64,000 nt of DNA. Origin: Vicinamibacteria bacterium (lineage in GTDB: Bacteria; Acidobacteriota; Vicinamibacteria; Fen-336). The stretch spans positions 160 through 64,159 of the forward strand of contig DATBIO010000241.1 of the NCBI GenBank assembly GCA_036556965.1, in the 5' to 3' direction. The notes under the pieces are model-generated. The model was not told the DNA's origin, searched no databases, and worked only from the letters and a program-made list of their open reading frames with translations. Below, in pieces: positions 54,913 through 64,000 of this stretch; the stretch's first letter is position 1; every line of letters begins with the position of its first letter. Both the position numbers and the translations under genes were made by a program.

Positions 54913-56709
54913 ATGCGGGGCCCCCTCCTCCAGAGCGCGGCGCTGGCCGCGGCGGTGCTCGCGGGCAACCTCGTGGTGCTCACCCTGTTCCTGAACCCCG
55001 AGGCCACGCTGCGCCGTGACGGCCTCGGGCTCGCCCTCTGCCTCTTCCTGCCCTACCTGCTCGCGGGCACGGGCGCGCTGACCGCGGCGGCCCTGGCCGG
55101 CGACTGGGCCCTGGACGTGCGCGACGGCCGGCGCGGGCGCGTGCTGCCTGCGCACCCGTGGTTCGCGGCCCTGTGCTGCCTGGCCACGACGCTGGCCGCC
55201 CTGGTCTTCTGGTCGAACCTCTGGGCGTACGGCCACGCGCTGCCGCTGCCCGTGCTGCGGGGCCTGCTGGCCTCGACCTTCGTGCTGGCCGGCGCCGCGC
55301 TGGTCCTGCTCGTCCTCGGCCTGGACGCCGTGCTCTTCCCCCGCCACGGCCGCGGCGTGCCCACGGTGCTGGCCATCCTGGCCGCCGCCGCGGGCGTGAT
55401 CGTGCCCCTGGCTCTGCGGCCGGACCCGGTGGCGGAACCGCGGCCGGTGCCCCTCAACATCACGACGCGGCCGCCCGCGCGGCGCGTGGTGCTGGTGGGG
55501 GTGGACGGCCTGGGCCCGGAGACGCTGCGGGAGGTGCTCGCCACCGGCTCGCCCACGGCCCTGGCCGCGCTGCTGAGCCGCGGCGCCAGCGGGCCCCTCT
55601 CCACGCTGCGCCCCACGGAAGGCCCGCCCCTGTGGGCCACCGTCTTCACGGGCAAGCTGCCGCGCCACCACGGCGTGAAGGGCTTCGTCAGCTACCGCCT
55701 GCGGCTGTCGCGGTCGAACTTCGACCTCCTCCCGAAGTGGGCGGGCATCGGCGCGCTGGAGCACGCGCGTCTGGTGACGCGGCGGGCGGCCATGCCCTCC
55801 ACCGCCCGGCGCGGGCCCGCGCTCTGGAGCGCGCTGAACGCCTTCGGCATCTCCGCGGGGGCGGTGCGCTTCTGGGGCACGCACCCCGCGGAGCGCGTGC
55901 AGGGGTTCATGCTCACCCCGCACTTCCACACGACCTCGGGGGCGGCGCAGACCGCCGCCCTCCATCCCGCCAACCTGGCCTGGGAGGTGCGGGCGCGGCG
56001 GGTCACCCCCGCGGACGTGGACGCCGCGCTGGTGGGGGAGTTCCTCGACCCGGAGGGCGCCGGCGACCCCTGGCGCCAGGCCCTCGTCACCCCCGCCCTC
56101 GCCCCCGACCTCTCCTACCAGCGGGCCGCCGCCATGCTGCGCGAGGCGCACGACCCCGCCTTCTTCGGCTTCGCCTTCCACGGCCTGGACGCCGTGGGCC
56201 ACGACTTCCTGCGCTTCGACCGGCCCGAGATGTTCGGCAACGTGACGGCGGAGGAGCAGCGGCGCTACGGCCGCGTGCGCGACCGCTACCTGGCCTTCGT
56301 GGCGCGCTGGCTGGACGAGCAGGCGGACGCGCTGCGCGAGGGCGACGTGCTGCTCGTGGTCTCCACCTACGGCATGGAGCCCGTCCCCCTGTGGCGCCGC
56401 CTGCTCCTGCCCGGCGCGCGCCGCAGCGGCACGCACGAGGGCGCGCCCCCGGGGATGCTGGTGGCGGTGGGCGGCGGGATCCGCCCCGGGGCGCGCATCG
56501 AGGACGCCTCGCTCCTCGACCTCTGCCCCACCATCCTGTACCTCATGGGCCTGCCCGTGGCCCGCGACATGGAGGGCCGCGTCCTCTCGGGCATGATCGA
56601 GGAGTCGCTGCTGCGCTCGCAGCCGGTGAGCTTCATCCCCAGCTACGCGAGCCTGGCCGTGACCCCGCCCGTGGCCGAGGACCTGCCCCCGCCGCCGGAA
56701 GAGCCGTGA
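54913..56709 (+). CDS. membrane-anchored alkaline-phosphatase-superfamily protein (type I phosphodiesterase/nucleotide pyrophosphatase-like)
   Basis: Four N-terminal TM helices, then RVVLVGVDGLGPETL (metal-binding D) and later HG/H motifs typical of the AP superfamily. Confidence 0.7.
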   Translation: MRGPLLQSAALAAAVLAGNLVVLTLFLNPEATLRRDGLGLALCLFLPYLLAGTGALTAAALAGDWALDVRDGRRGRVLPAHPWFAALCCLATTLAALVFWSNLWAYGHALPLPVLRGLLASTFVLAGAALVLLVLGLDAVLFPRHGRGVPTVLAILAAAAGVIVPLALRPDPVAEPRPVPLNITTRPPARRVVLVGVDGLGPETLREVLATGSPTALAALLSRGASGPLSTLRPTEGPPLWATVFTGKLPRHHGVKGFVSYRLRLSRSNFDLLPKWAGIGALEHARLVTRRAAMPSTARRGPALWSALNAFGISAGAVRFWGTHPAERVQGFMLTPHFHTTSGAAQTAALHPANLAWEVRARRVTPADVDAALVGEFLDPEGAGDPWRQALVTPALAPDLSYQRAAAMLREAHDPAFFGFAFHGLDAVGHDFLRFDRPEMFGNVTAEEQRRYGRVRDRYLAFVARWLDEQADALREGDVLLVVSTYGMEPVPLWRRLLLPGARRSGTHEGAPPGMLVAVGGGIRPGARIEDASLLDLCPTILYLMGLPVARDMEGRVLSGMIEESLLRSQPVSFIPSYASLAVTPPVAEDLPPPPEEP

Positions 56710-56749
56710 GCTTGTTCCCGCCGCGCGCGGCGGAGTAGCATCCCCGGAC

Positions 56750-57079
56750 TTGGCCACCCTGGACGATTTCCTCGCCCTGGACGTGCGCGTGGGCACGGTG
56801 GTGTCGGCGGAGATCGTGCCCGGGGCACGCACTCCCACCTTCGCCCTGAAGGTGGACCTGGGCGCGCTGGGGGTACGAACCGCGGGCGCCCCCATCAGCG
56901 ACCTCTATCGCGTGGACGAGCTGGTGGGCCTGCAGGTGGTGGCGGTGGTGAACCTGCCGTCCGAGCGCATCGCGGGCATGGACTCGGAGGTGCTCGTGCT
57001 GGCCGCCGACAACGGGCGGGGCGAGCGCATCCTGCTCATGCCGGAGCGGCCGCTGCCCGACGGGGGCAAGGTGGCCTGA
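56750..57079 (+). CDS. tRNA-binding domain protein (CsaA/Myf-like OB fold)
   Basis: [32 protein letters not shown], as in CsaA. TTG start. Confidence 0.7.
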   Translation: MATLDDFLALDVRVGTVVSAEIVPGARTPTFALKVDLGALGVRTAGAPISDLYRVDELVGLQVVAVVNLPSERIAGMDSEVLVLAADNGRGERILLMPERPLPDGGKVA

Positions 57080-57696
57080 TGGGCCAGCCGCCGGGCTACC
57101 GCGTGCGCCAGGAGCTGATGGACGCCGACCGCGTCTCGCGCACCCTGGCCCGCATGGCGCACGAGGTGATGGAGAGGCACCCCCAGGCCGGGGCCACCGT
57201 GCTGGTGGGGGTGCAGACGCGCGGGGTGCCCCTGGCCCGCCGCCTGGCCGCCATCATCAAGCACGCACGCGGCACCGCGCCCGCGGTGGGCAGCCTCGAC
57301 ATCACGCTCTACCGCGACGACCTCACCACCATCGCCGCCCACCCCGTGCTGAAGGGCACGCAGATCCCGGTCTCCATCGACGGTCGGGCGGTGGTGCTGG
57401 TGGACGACGTCCTCTTCACGGGCCGCACCGCGCGCGCCGCCCTGGACGAGCTCATCGACTTCGGCCGGCCCGCGCGCATCGCCCTGGCCGTGCTGGTGGA
57501 CCGCGGGCACCGCGAGCTGCCCATCCGGGCGGACTACGTGGGCAAGGCCGTCACCACCGCGCGCGCGGAGATCGTGCAGGTCATGCTCCGCGAGGAGGAC
57601 GGCGAGGACCGCGTGCTGCTGCTGGAGCCGGCCGAGGCCGCGCCCGCGCGTCCCCCCGCGCGCGCGAGGAAGGCGAAGGGCGGGCGCCGGAAGTGA
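57079..57696 (+). CDS. pyrR: bifunctional pyr operon regulator / uracil phosphoribosyltransferase
   Basis: PRPP-binding [18 protein letters not shown] and the N-terminal PyrR block. Confidence 0.9.
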   Translation: MGQPPGYRVRQELMDADRVSRTLARMAHEVMERHPQAGATVLVGVQTRGVPLARRLAAIIKHARGTAPAVGSLDITLYRDDLTTIAAHPVLKGTQIPVSIDGRAVVLVDDVLFTGRTARAALDELIDFGRPARIALAVLVDRGHRELPIRADYVGKAVTTARAEIVQVMLREEDGEDRVLLLEPAEAAPARPPARARKAKGGRRK

Positions 57697-58625
57697 GCGC
57701 CTTCGCCCACCGCCACCTGCTCGGCATCGAGCCGCTGAGCGAGGCCGACATCGTGGCCATCCTGGACTCCGCCCAGGGCCTGCGCGAGGTGCTGGACCGC
57801 CCCATCAAGAAGGTGCCCGCCCTGCGCGGGAAGACGGTGGTCAACCTGTTCTACGAGGCCTCCACGCGCACGCGCGCCTCCTTCGAGGTGGCGGAGAAGA
57901 TCCTCTCCGCGGACACCCTCTCCATCGCCACCGCCGCCTCCAGCGTGCAGAAGGGGGAGACGCTGCTCGACACCGTCCGCAACCTGGAGGCCATGAACCC
58001 CGACCTCATCGTCATCCGCCACGCCTCCTCCGGCGCCCCCCACTTCCTGGCCCGGCACTGCCGCTCTTCGATCGTCAACGCCGGCGACGGCGCGCACGAG
58101 CACCCCACCCAGGCCCTGCTCGACGCGCTGACCCTGCGCCAGCGCAAGGGCCGCCTCAAGGGCCTGCGCGTGGCCATCGTGGGCGACCTCATGCACAGCC
58201 GCGTGGCCCGCTCCAACGTCTGGCTCCTGACCAAGATGGGGGCGGAGGTCGTGCTCTGCGCCCCGCCCACGCTGGTGCCCCCGGGCCTCGAGGCCCTGGC
58301 CCCCGTCACGCACCGCATCGAGGAGGCGGTGGAGGGCGCGGACGCGGTGATGATGCTGCGCCTGCAGATGGAGCGCATGACGGGCGGGTACTTCCCCTCC
58401 ACCCGCGAGTACCACCAGCGCTTCGGCCTCACCGAGGAGCGCGTGCGCCGCGCGCGCAAGGACGTGCTGATCATGCACCCGGGCCCCATGAACCGCGGGG
58501 TGGAGATCGCCAGCGAGGTGGCGGACGGGCCGTACTCCGTGATCCTGGACCAGGTGACCAACGGCGTCGCCGTGCGCATGGCCGTGCTCTATCTCTTGCT
58601 GGGCCCGGCGGAGGTGGCGGCATGA
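57693..58625 (+). CDS. pyrB: aspartate carbamoyltransferase catalytic subunit
   Basis: [13 protein letters not shown] (STRTR) and [11 protein letters not shown] overlaps the pyrR stop (GTGA). Confidence 0.9.
   Translation: MSAFAHRHLLGIEPLSEADIVAILDSAQGLREVLDRPIKKVPALRGKTVVNLFYEASTRTRASFEVAEKILSADTLSIATAASSVQKGETLLDTVRNLEAMNPDLIVIRHASSGAPHFLARHCRSSIVNAGDGAHEHPTQALLDALTLRQRKGRLKGLRVAIVGDLMHSRVARSNVWLLTKMGAEVVLCAPPTLVPPGLEALAPVTHRIEEAVEGADAVMMLRLQMERMTGGYFPSTREYHQRFGLTEERVRRARKDVLIMHPGPMNRGVEIASEVADGPYSVILDQVTNGVAVRMAVLYLLLGPAEVAA
58598..58625 (+). repeat. 28-bp direct repeat, copy 1 (last 8 codons of pyrB plus TGA)
   Basis: gctgggcccggcggaggtggcggcatga, identical to 58759-58786. Confidence 0.6.
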
Positions 58626-58758
58626 CGGCCTTCGCGGCGGCATGGGTCGTTCGCGGGCACCGGACCTGCGTCACCAAGAAGGGGGGACGCTGCGCCGCGC
58701 CCCCCCTTCGACCCCCCCGCGCTCGCGTCGGGAGTGGATCCCGCCGCGCGCGCCGCCG

Positions 58759-58786
58759 GCTGGGCCCGGCGGAGGTGGCGGCATGA
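58759..58786 (+). repeat. 28-bp direct repeat, copy 2 (in the pyrB-pyrC spacer)
   Basis: Perfect copy 161 bp downstream of copy 1. Closes a 54-codon mini-ORF that starts at the ATG embedded in copy 1. Confidence 0.6.
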
Positions 58787-58817
58787 GGGCCGGCGTGCCG
58801 TACGCTGAGGAAGCGGC

Positions 58818-60113
<1,296 letters not shown>

Positions 60114-60118
60114 GCGCC

Positions 60119-61435
60119 GTGGACGCCGTCCGCGAGTACCACGACCTCCTCTTCGCGGCGGACGCGCGGGCGGAGGCGGAGGCGCTGGCGGAGGGCTTCC
60201 GGCAGGCGGGCATCCTCTTCGACGGGGCCCCCATGCCCAGCTTCCTGCGCCCGCACTTCGTGACCCGTGCGGAGTGGAACGCGCTGCGCGGGGACGGCGT
60301 GCGCCTGCTGGAGCTGGCGGCGCGCGTGGCCCGCCGCGCCTTCGGCGGCGACGCGCGCAAGCTGTGCGCGTGGCTGGGCACGCCGCCGGAGCAGGCGGAG
60401 TGGGTCGCGGTGGACCCCGGCGAGCCCGACGTCGTGCTCTCCCGCCTGGACGCCTTCCTCACCCCGCAGGGCCCGCGCTACATCGAGATCAACAGCGACG
60501 CCCCCGCCGGCTTCGGCTACGGCGACGCCATGGCCGAGGTCTTCCGCACCCTGCCCACGTTCCAGAGGTTCGCCAGGACCCACACCCTCCACTACGCGCC
60601 CTGCGCCGACGCGCTCATCGACGCGGTGCGCGCGGCCACGGACAGCCGCTCGCCGACGGTGGCCATCGTGGACTGGCACGAGGTCAAGACGCGCCCGGAC
60701 CAGGAGATCCTCCGCGAGCGCTTCGAGGGCAAGGGCCTGCGCTGCCGGCTGGCCGACCCGCGGGAGGCGGCCATCGTGGGCGGGCGCCTGCTCTTCGAAG
60801 GCGCGCACGTGGACGTCGTCTACCGCCGCGTGCTGCTCACGGAGCTCGTGGAGCGCGCGCCCGAGGTGGCGACCTTCCTGGCCGCGTACCGCTGGGGCCT
60901 GGCCGCCTTCGTCAACTCCTTCCGCTGCCACCTCTCCGAGGACAAGGCCTTCCTGGCCTTCCTCACCGACGAGGCCTTCGCCTCGCTGCTCACCGCCGAC
61001 GAGCGCGCCTTCGTGGCGCGCGTGGTGCCGTGGACGCGCAAGGTCGAGGAGCGCGCCACCGACCACGCGGGGGAGAAGGTGGACCTGCTGCCCTGGGTCG
61101 TGCGCCACCGCGAGGAGCTGGTGCTCAAGCCGGCGCACGACTACGGAGGCCGGTCGGTGTTCATCGGCGAGGAGACCGAGCCGGCGGCATGGGAGGCGGC
61201 GGTGAACGCCGCCGTGAGCGGGAGCTGGGTGGTGCAGGAGCGCGTGCCCATCTCGCGCGAGCCGTTCCCCGTCGTCCGCGACGACGGGCGGCTCACGCTG
61301 GAGGAGCTGTACCTGAACGCCAACCCGTTCTACGTGCGGGGCGGGGAGACGGGCGGCGTGACCCGCGTCTCGCGGCGGGCCGTCATCAACGTCAGCGCGG
61401 GCGGGGGCGGGGTGCCGACCTTCGTGGTGGAGTGA
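60119..61435 (+). CDS. circularly permuted ATP-grasp type 2-like protein (putative amidoligase)
   Basis: RYIEINSDAPAGFGYGD, NANPFYVRGG and RRAVINVSAGGGGV resemble PF14403-type CP ATP-grasp proteins. Start GTG about 60119 or CTG 60110. Confidence 0.5.
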   Translation: MDAVREYHDLLFAADARAEAEALAEGFRQAGILFDGAPMPSFLRPHFVTRAEWNALRGDGVRLLELAARVARRAFGGDARKLCAWLGTPPEQAEWVAVDPGEPDVVLSRLDAFLTPQGPRYIEINSDAPAGFGYGDAMAEVFRTLPTFQRFARTHTLHYAPCADALIDAVRAATDSRSPTVAIVDWHEVKTRPDQEILRERFEGKGLRCRLADPREAAIVGGRLLFEGAHVDVVYRRVLLTELVERAPEVATFLAAYRWGLAAFVNSFRCHLSEDKAFLAFLTDEAFASLLTADERAFVARVVPWTRKVEERATDHAGEKVDLLPWVVRHREELVLKPAHDYGGRSVFIGEETEPAAWEAAVNAAVSGSWVVQERVPISREPFPVVRDDGRLTLEELYLNANPFYVRGGETGGVTRVSRRAVINVSAGGGGVPTFVVE

Positions 61436-61573
61436 CAGGCCCGCCCGGCTGTCCGGTGCTGTGAGGACAGGTCTAGGACGAAGCCAGCAGTGGCTATAGC
61501 CGTAGCCAGGTTATCTGGATCACCAGGGCACGAACTGGGGACGCCCCATGTCATAAGGCGCCTTGAAAACCTC

Positions 61574-61603
61574 TTGACAGTACTGGAGTCGCTCACCTAG
61601 GAT
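61574..61603 (+). promoter_or_regulatory. sigma-70-like promoter (TTGACA-N18-TAGGAT) in a low-GC intergenic region
   Basis: About 100 nt upstream of the TTG start of the large secreted protein. A 10-bp palindrome GGCTATAGCC lies about 80 nt further upstream. Confidence 0.3.
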
Positions 61604-61706
61604 CCGCGTCCTCGCCCCGCTCTCCCCGGGGTGTTCAGGCGTCGCACGTAACCAGTTAACACGACGTCCTGGGTGTCCACGGCCTTTCCACGAGGGCGGG
61701 GGACTC

Positions 61707-64000
61707 TTGCGACTGAGAGCGCGGCGTTGGGGAGCAGGGATCCGAGCCACGAGCCGGCTCCTGCTCGTGGTGTTTGGCCTCGACGGCGCGGCCCTCGCGC
61801 ACGTGCGGCCGCTCCTGCTGCACCCCGGGCCGAACGCGGAGCCGTCGTCCTCCTCGGGCGATGCCTGCCTCGAGGCCCTCGCCGCGGGCCGGGTGCCGGA
61901 TGCGTCGGTGGACCGCGACGTGCTCTGGCCTCCGAACCACGCGTTGGTGGACGTGGGCCTCGAGGTGCGGCTCGGCGCCTGCTCCTCGCTGGCGTCGGTC
62001 GGCCTGGCCGTCTGGAGCGACGAGCCGCAGGACGGAAACGGAGACGGCAGCACCGCCGTGGATGCCCACCTCGATCCGCCGCGGCTCTTCCTGCGGCGCG
62101 AGCGGCAGGGCCCCGCCGACGGCCGTGTCTACCTGTTGATCGCCACGGCCGCGCGCGGGGGCACGGCCTCCACGGACTGCGAGACGGTGGTCGTGCCGCA
62201 CAGCCAGAGCCGCGCGGCGAAGCGCTCGGTGCAGGCGCAGGCGGAAGCGGCGGAGCAGTACTGCGAGAGCGGCAACGCGGCGCCGCCGGGCTTCCACCGG
62301 CTCGCCGAGGGTTTCCTCGTCCGCGCCAACGAGCCGCCCCTCGTGGACGCCGGCCCCGACCTCGCCATCGAGCCGGGCACGAGCGCGGCCCTCGACGGCA
62401 CCGTCACCGACGACGGCCTGCCCGCCGGCTCCGAGCTCGACGTCTCTTGGTCGAAGGTCAGCGGCCCGGGGACGGTCACCTTCTCGTCGCCGCACTCTCC
62501 GGACACGTCGGCAGCCTTCTCGGAGACCGGCACTTACGTGCTGCGGCTCCTGGCCCGCGAGGTCCTGGAGTGCGAAGACGGCCAGGGGCACGGCCACCAC
62601 GGCCATCACCGCCATCGCGACCACGGCTGCGACGACGACTGCGACGAGCCGCGCTTCGGACTCTCCGGCCACGACGAAGTCTCGGTGGTCGTCTCCGCCG
62701 CCAACGCGGCACCGAGCGTCAGCGCGGGGCCGGACCTCACGCTGACCCTCCCGACCCAGGCCGTGGCGCTCCAAGGCAGCGCGACCGACGACGGGCGCCC
62801 CTCGGGCACCTTGACCGTGGGCTGGACTGTGATCGCCGGGCCGGGTGCCGTTGCCTTCGATCCTCCGGGCGTGGCCGCGCCCGTGGCCACCTTCGACGCG
62901 GTGGGCGCGTACCGGCTCAGGCTGGCGGCGAGCGATGGCCAGCTGTCGGCCTTCGACGACGTGACGGTGACCTTGAACCCGGAGGCGCTGCCCGTGCTGG
63001 CCGTGGCGGATGCGGACACCACGGAGGGCCACGAGGCCGTCACCGGGGCCGTGGTGGAGATGACGCTGTCCAAGCCGTGGCCGCGCCCGGTTTCCGTCGA
63101 CTACACGACGGCGGACGGGTCGGCCACGGCGGGCTGCGACTACCGCTCCCGCTTCGGCAGGCTGACCCTTCCCGCCGGGGAGACGCGCGCCACGGTGCTC
63201 GTGCCGGTGGTGGGCGAGGTGGTGCCCGAGGCCGACGAGACCGTCCTGCTGCGCGTCGGCAACGCGTCCGAGGCGACGCTGGCGCGCGACGAGGCGGTCC
63301 TCACGCTGGTCAACGACGATGCCGCCAACGCGGAGCCGCCCGCGCTGACGGCGCGTGCTCCCGCGGACGGCACCACCGGGGCCGCGGTGCCCACGCTCCT
63401 CTCCTGGTCGGCGAGCGACCCCGATCCCGGCGCCACCCTCCGCCACGACGTCTACCTGGGCACGACCTTCGGCACCACCGGTCAGGGCTGGCAGGCCGTC
63501 TGTCCGGCGACTCCGGGTCCGCCGTCCCGGTCCGGGGCCGTTTCCGCCTACGACGAGGCCGGCGACCGGCTGATGGTGTTCGGCGGACGCGGCGAAGAGT
63601 CCGCGGGGGTGGTCTGGGTGCTCGCGCATGCCACCGCTGCCGGCGGAGTGCCGCGCTGGCTCACCGTCGAGACGGCGGATGGCCCCGGCGCCCTGGACGG
63701 CGCCACCGGCGCCTACGACCCCGGCACCAACCGGCTCATCGTTCACGGCGGATGTGTCGGTGCCTGCAGTCGTCCCGAGGAGGCCACCTGGATCCTGACC
63801 AACGCCAGCGGCCTCGGCGGGCCCTCGGAGTGGATCCGCCTGGCCGTTGCCGGCCCGGGCCCGCGCGCGGGCCACGCGTCCGCCTATGACGCGCGGACCA
63901 ACAGGCTGATCGTCTTCGGGGGCACGGACGGCGTCGCCGAGAGGGCCGATGCGTGGGTCCTGTACGACGCCAACGGCATCGGCCAGCCGGCGTGGCACCT
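61707..64000 (+). CDS. large secreted multidomain protein: PKD-like Ig repeats, His-rich segment, Calx-beta domain, FN3-like and Kelch/beta-propeller repeats (3' end outside the window)
   Basis: Absent from the ORF track because it has no stop inside the window. Hand-translating the third + frame gives the signal peptide LRLRARRWGAGIRATSRLLLVVFGLDGAALA. Two GTVTDDG-containing PKD-like repeats. GHGHHGHHRHRDHGCDDDCDE. Calx-beta: VAVADADTTEGHEAV...VSVDYTTADGSATAGCDYR...VLLRVGNASEATL. Repeated AYDxxxNRLIVFGG Kelch-like blades. Confidence 0.7.
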   Translation, partial: MRLRARRWGAGIRATSRLLLVVFGLDGAALAHVRPLLLHPGPNAEPSSSSGDACLEALAAGRVPDASVDRDVLWPPNHALVDVGLEVRLGACSSLASVGLAVWSDEPQDGNGDGSTAVDAHLDPPRLFLRRERQGPADGRVYLLIATAARGGTASTDCETVVVPHSQSRAAKRSVQAQAEAAEQYCESGNAAPPGFHRLAEGFLVRANEPPLVDAGPDLAIEPGTSAALDGTVTDDGLPAGSELDVSWSKVSGPGTVTFSSPHSPDTSAAFSETGTYVLRLLAREVLECEDGQGHGHHGHHRHRDHGCDDDCDEPRFGLSGHDEVSVVVSAANAAPSVSAGPDLTLTLPTQAVALQGSATDDGRPSGTLTVGWTVIAGPGAVAFDPPGVAAPVATFDAVGAYRLRLAASDGQLSAFDDVTVTLNPEALPVLAVADADTTEGHEAVTGAVVEMTLSKPWPRPVSVDYTTADGSATAGCDYRSRFGRLTLPAGETRATVLVPVVGEVVPEADETVLLRVGNASEATLARDEAVLTLVNDDAANAEPPALTARAPADGTTGAAVPTLLSWSASDPDPGATLRHDVYLGTTFGTTGQGWQAVCPATPGPPSRSGAVSAYDEAGDRLMVFGGRGEESAGVVWVLAHATAAGGVPRWLTVETADGPGALDGATGAYDPGTNRLIVHGGCVGACSRPEEATWILTNASGLGGPSEWIRLAVAGPGPRAGHASAYDARTNRLIVFGGTDGVAERADAWVLYDANGIGQPAWH

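Noticed and set aside
54150-55019. 289-aa + ORF antisense to the nucleotidyltransferase gene
   Set aside because: Low-complexity translation with no motif. The minus-strand NTase motif is clear.
61673-63998. 738-aa + ORF and 780-aa - ORF at the window end
   Set aside because: Both translations are RG-rich junk. The real gene is in the third + frame, which has no stop inside the window and is therefore absent from the ORF track.

Overview
This 64 kb window is very high-GC (about 70-73%) and is most consistent with a Myxococcota chromosome (Anaeromyxobacter- or Myxococcus-like). This is an inference from composition and gene content. It is gene-dense, with no rRNA or tRNA genes, CRISPR arrays or IS elements that I can recognise. 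Because stop codons are rare at this GC content, most of the long ORFs in the six-frame track are spurious shadows of genes in other frames. I called genes only where the translation shows recognisable protein-family motifs or a strong third-position GC bias.

Main gene content:
- An ECF sigma / anti-sigma / DUF4097 module.
- A secreted formamidase-creatininase fusion.
- A 1479-aa hybrid sensor kinase.
- B12-dependent ribonucleotide reductase nrdJ.
- An assimilatory sulfate-reduction operon containing an unusual single-polypeptide APS reductase-ATP sulfurylase-APS kinase.
- A 2+2 ABC-2 transporter.
- A three-gene glycosyltransferase cluster.
- A radical-SAM/SPASM + GTP cyclohydrolase I pair.
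- A Ser/Thr kinase.
- A MrfA/YprA-like DUF1998 helicase, MBL hydrolase and DnaQ-like exonuclease operon.
- A cytochrome c-FTR1 iron permease with a Fur-box-like palindrome.
- Pyrimidine genes split into pyrK-pyrD-pyrF on the minus strand and pyrR-pyrB-pyrC on the plus strand.
- A circularly permuted ATP-grasp protein.
- The 5' part of a large secreted PKD / Calx-beta / Kelch protein.

Two recurring features:
- 4-nt start/stop overlaps (GTGA or ATGA) link many adjacent genes.
- Several starts appear to be GTG, TTG or possibly CTG.

Coordinates derived by counting from the printed sequence may be off by 1-2 nt. ORF-track ends are exact.
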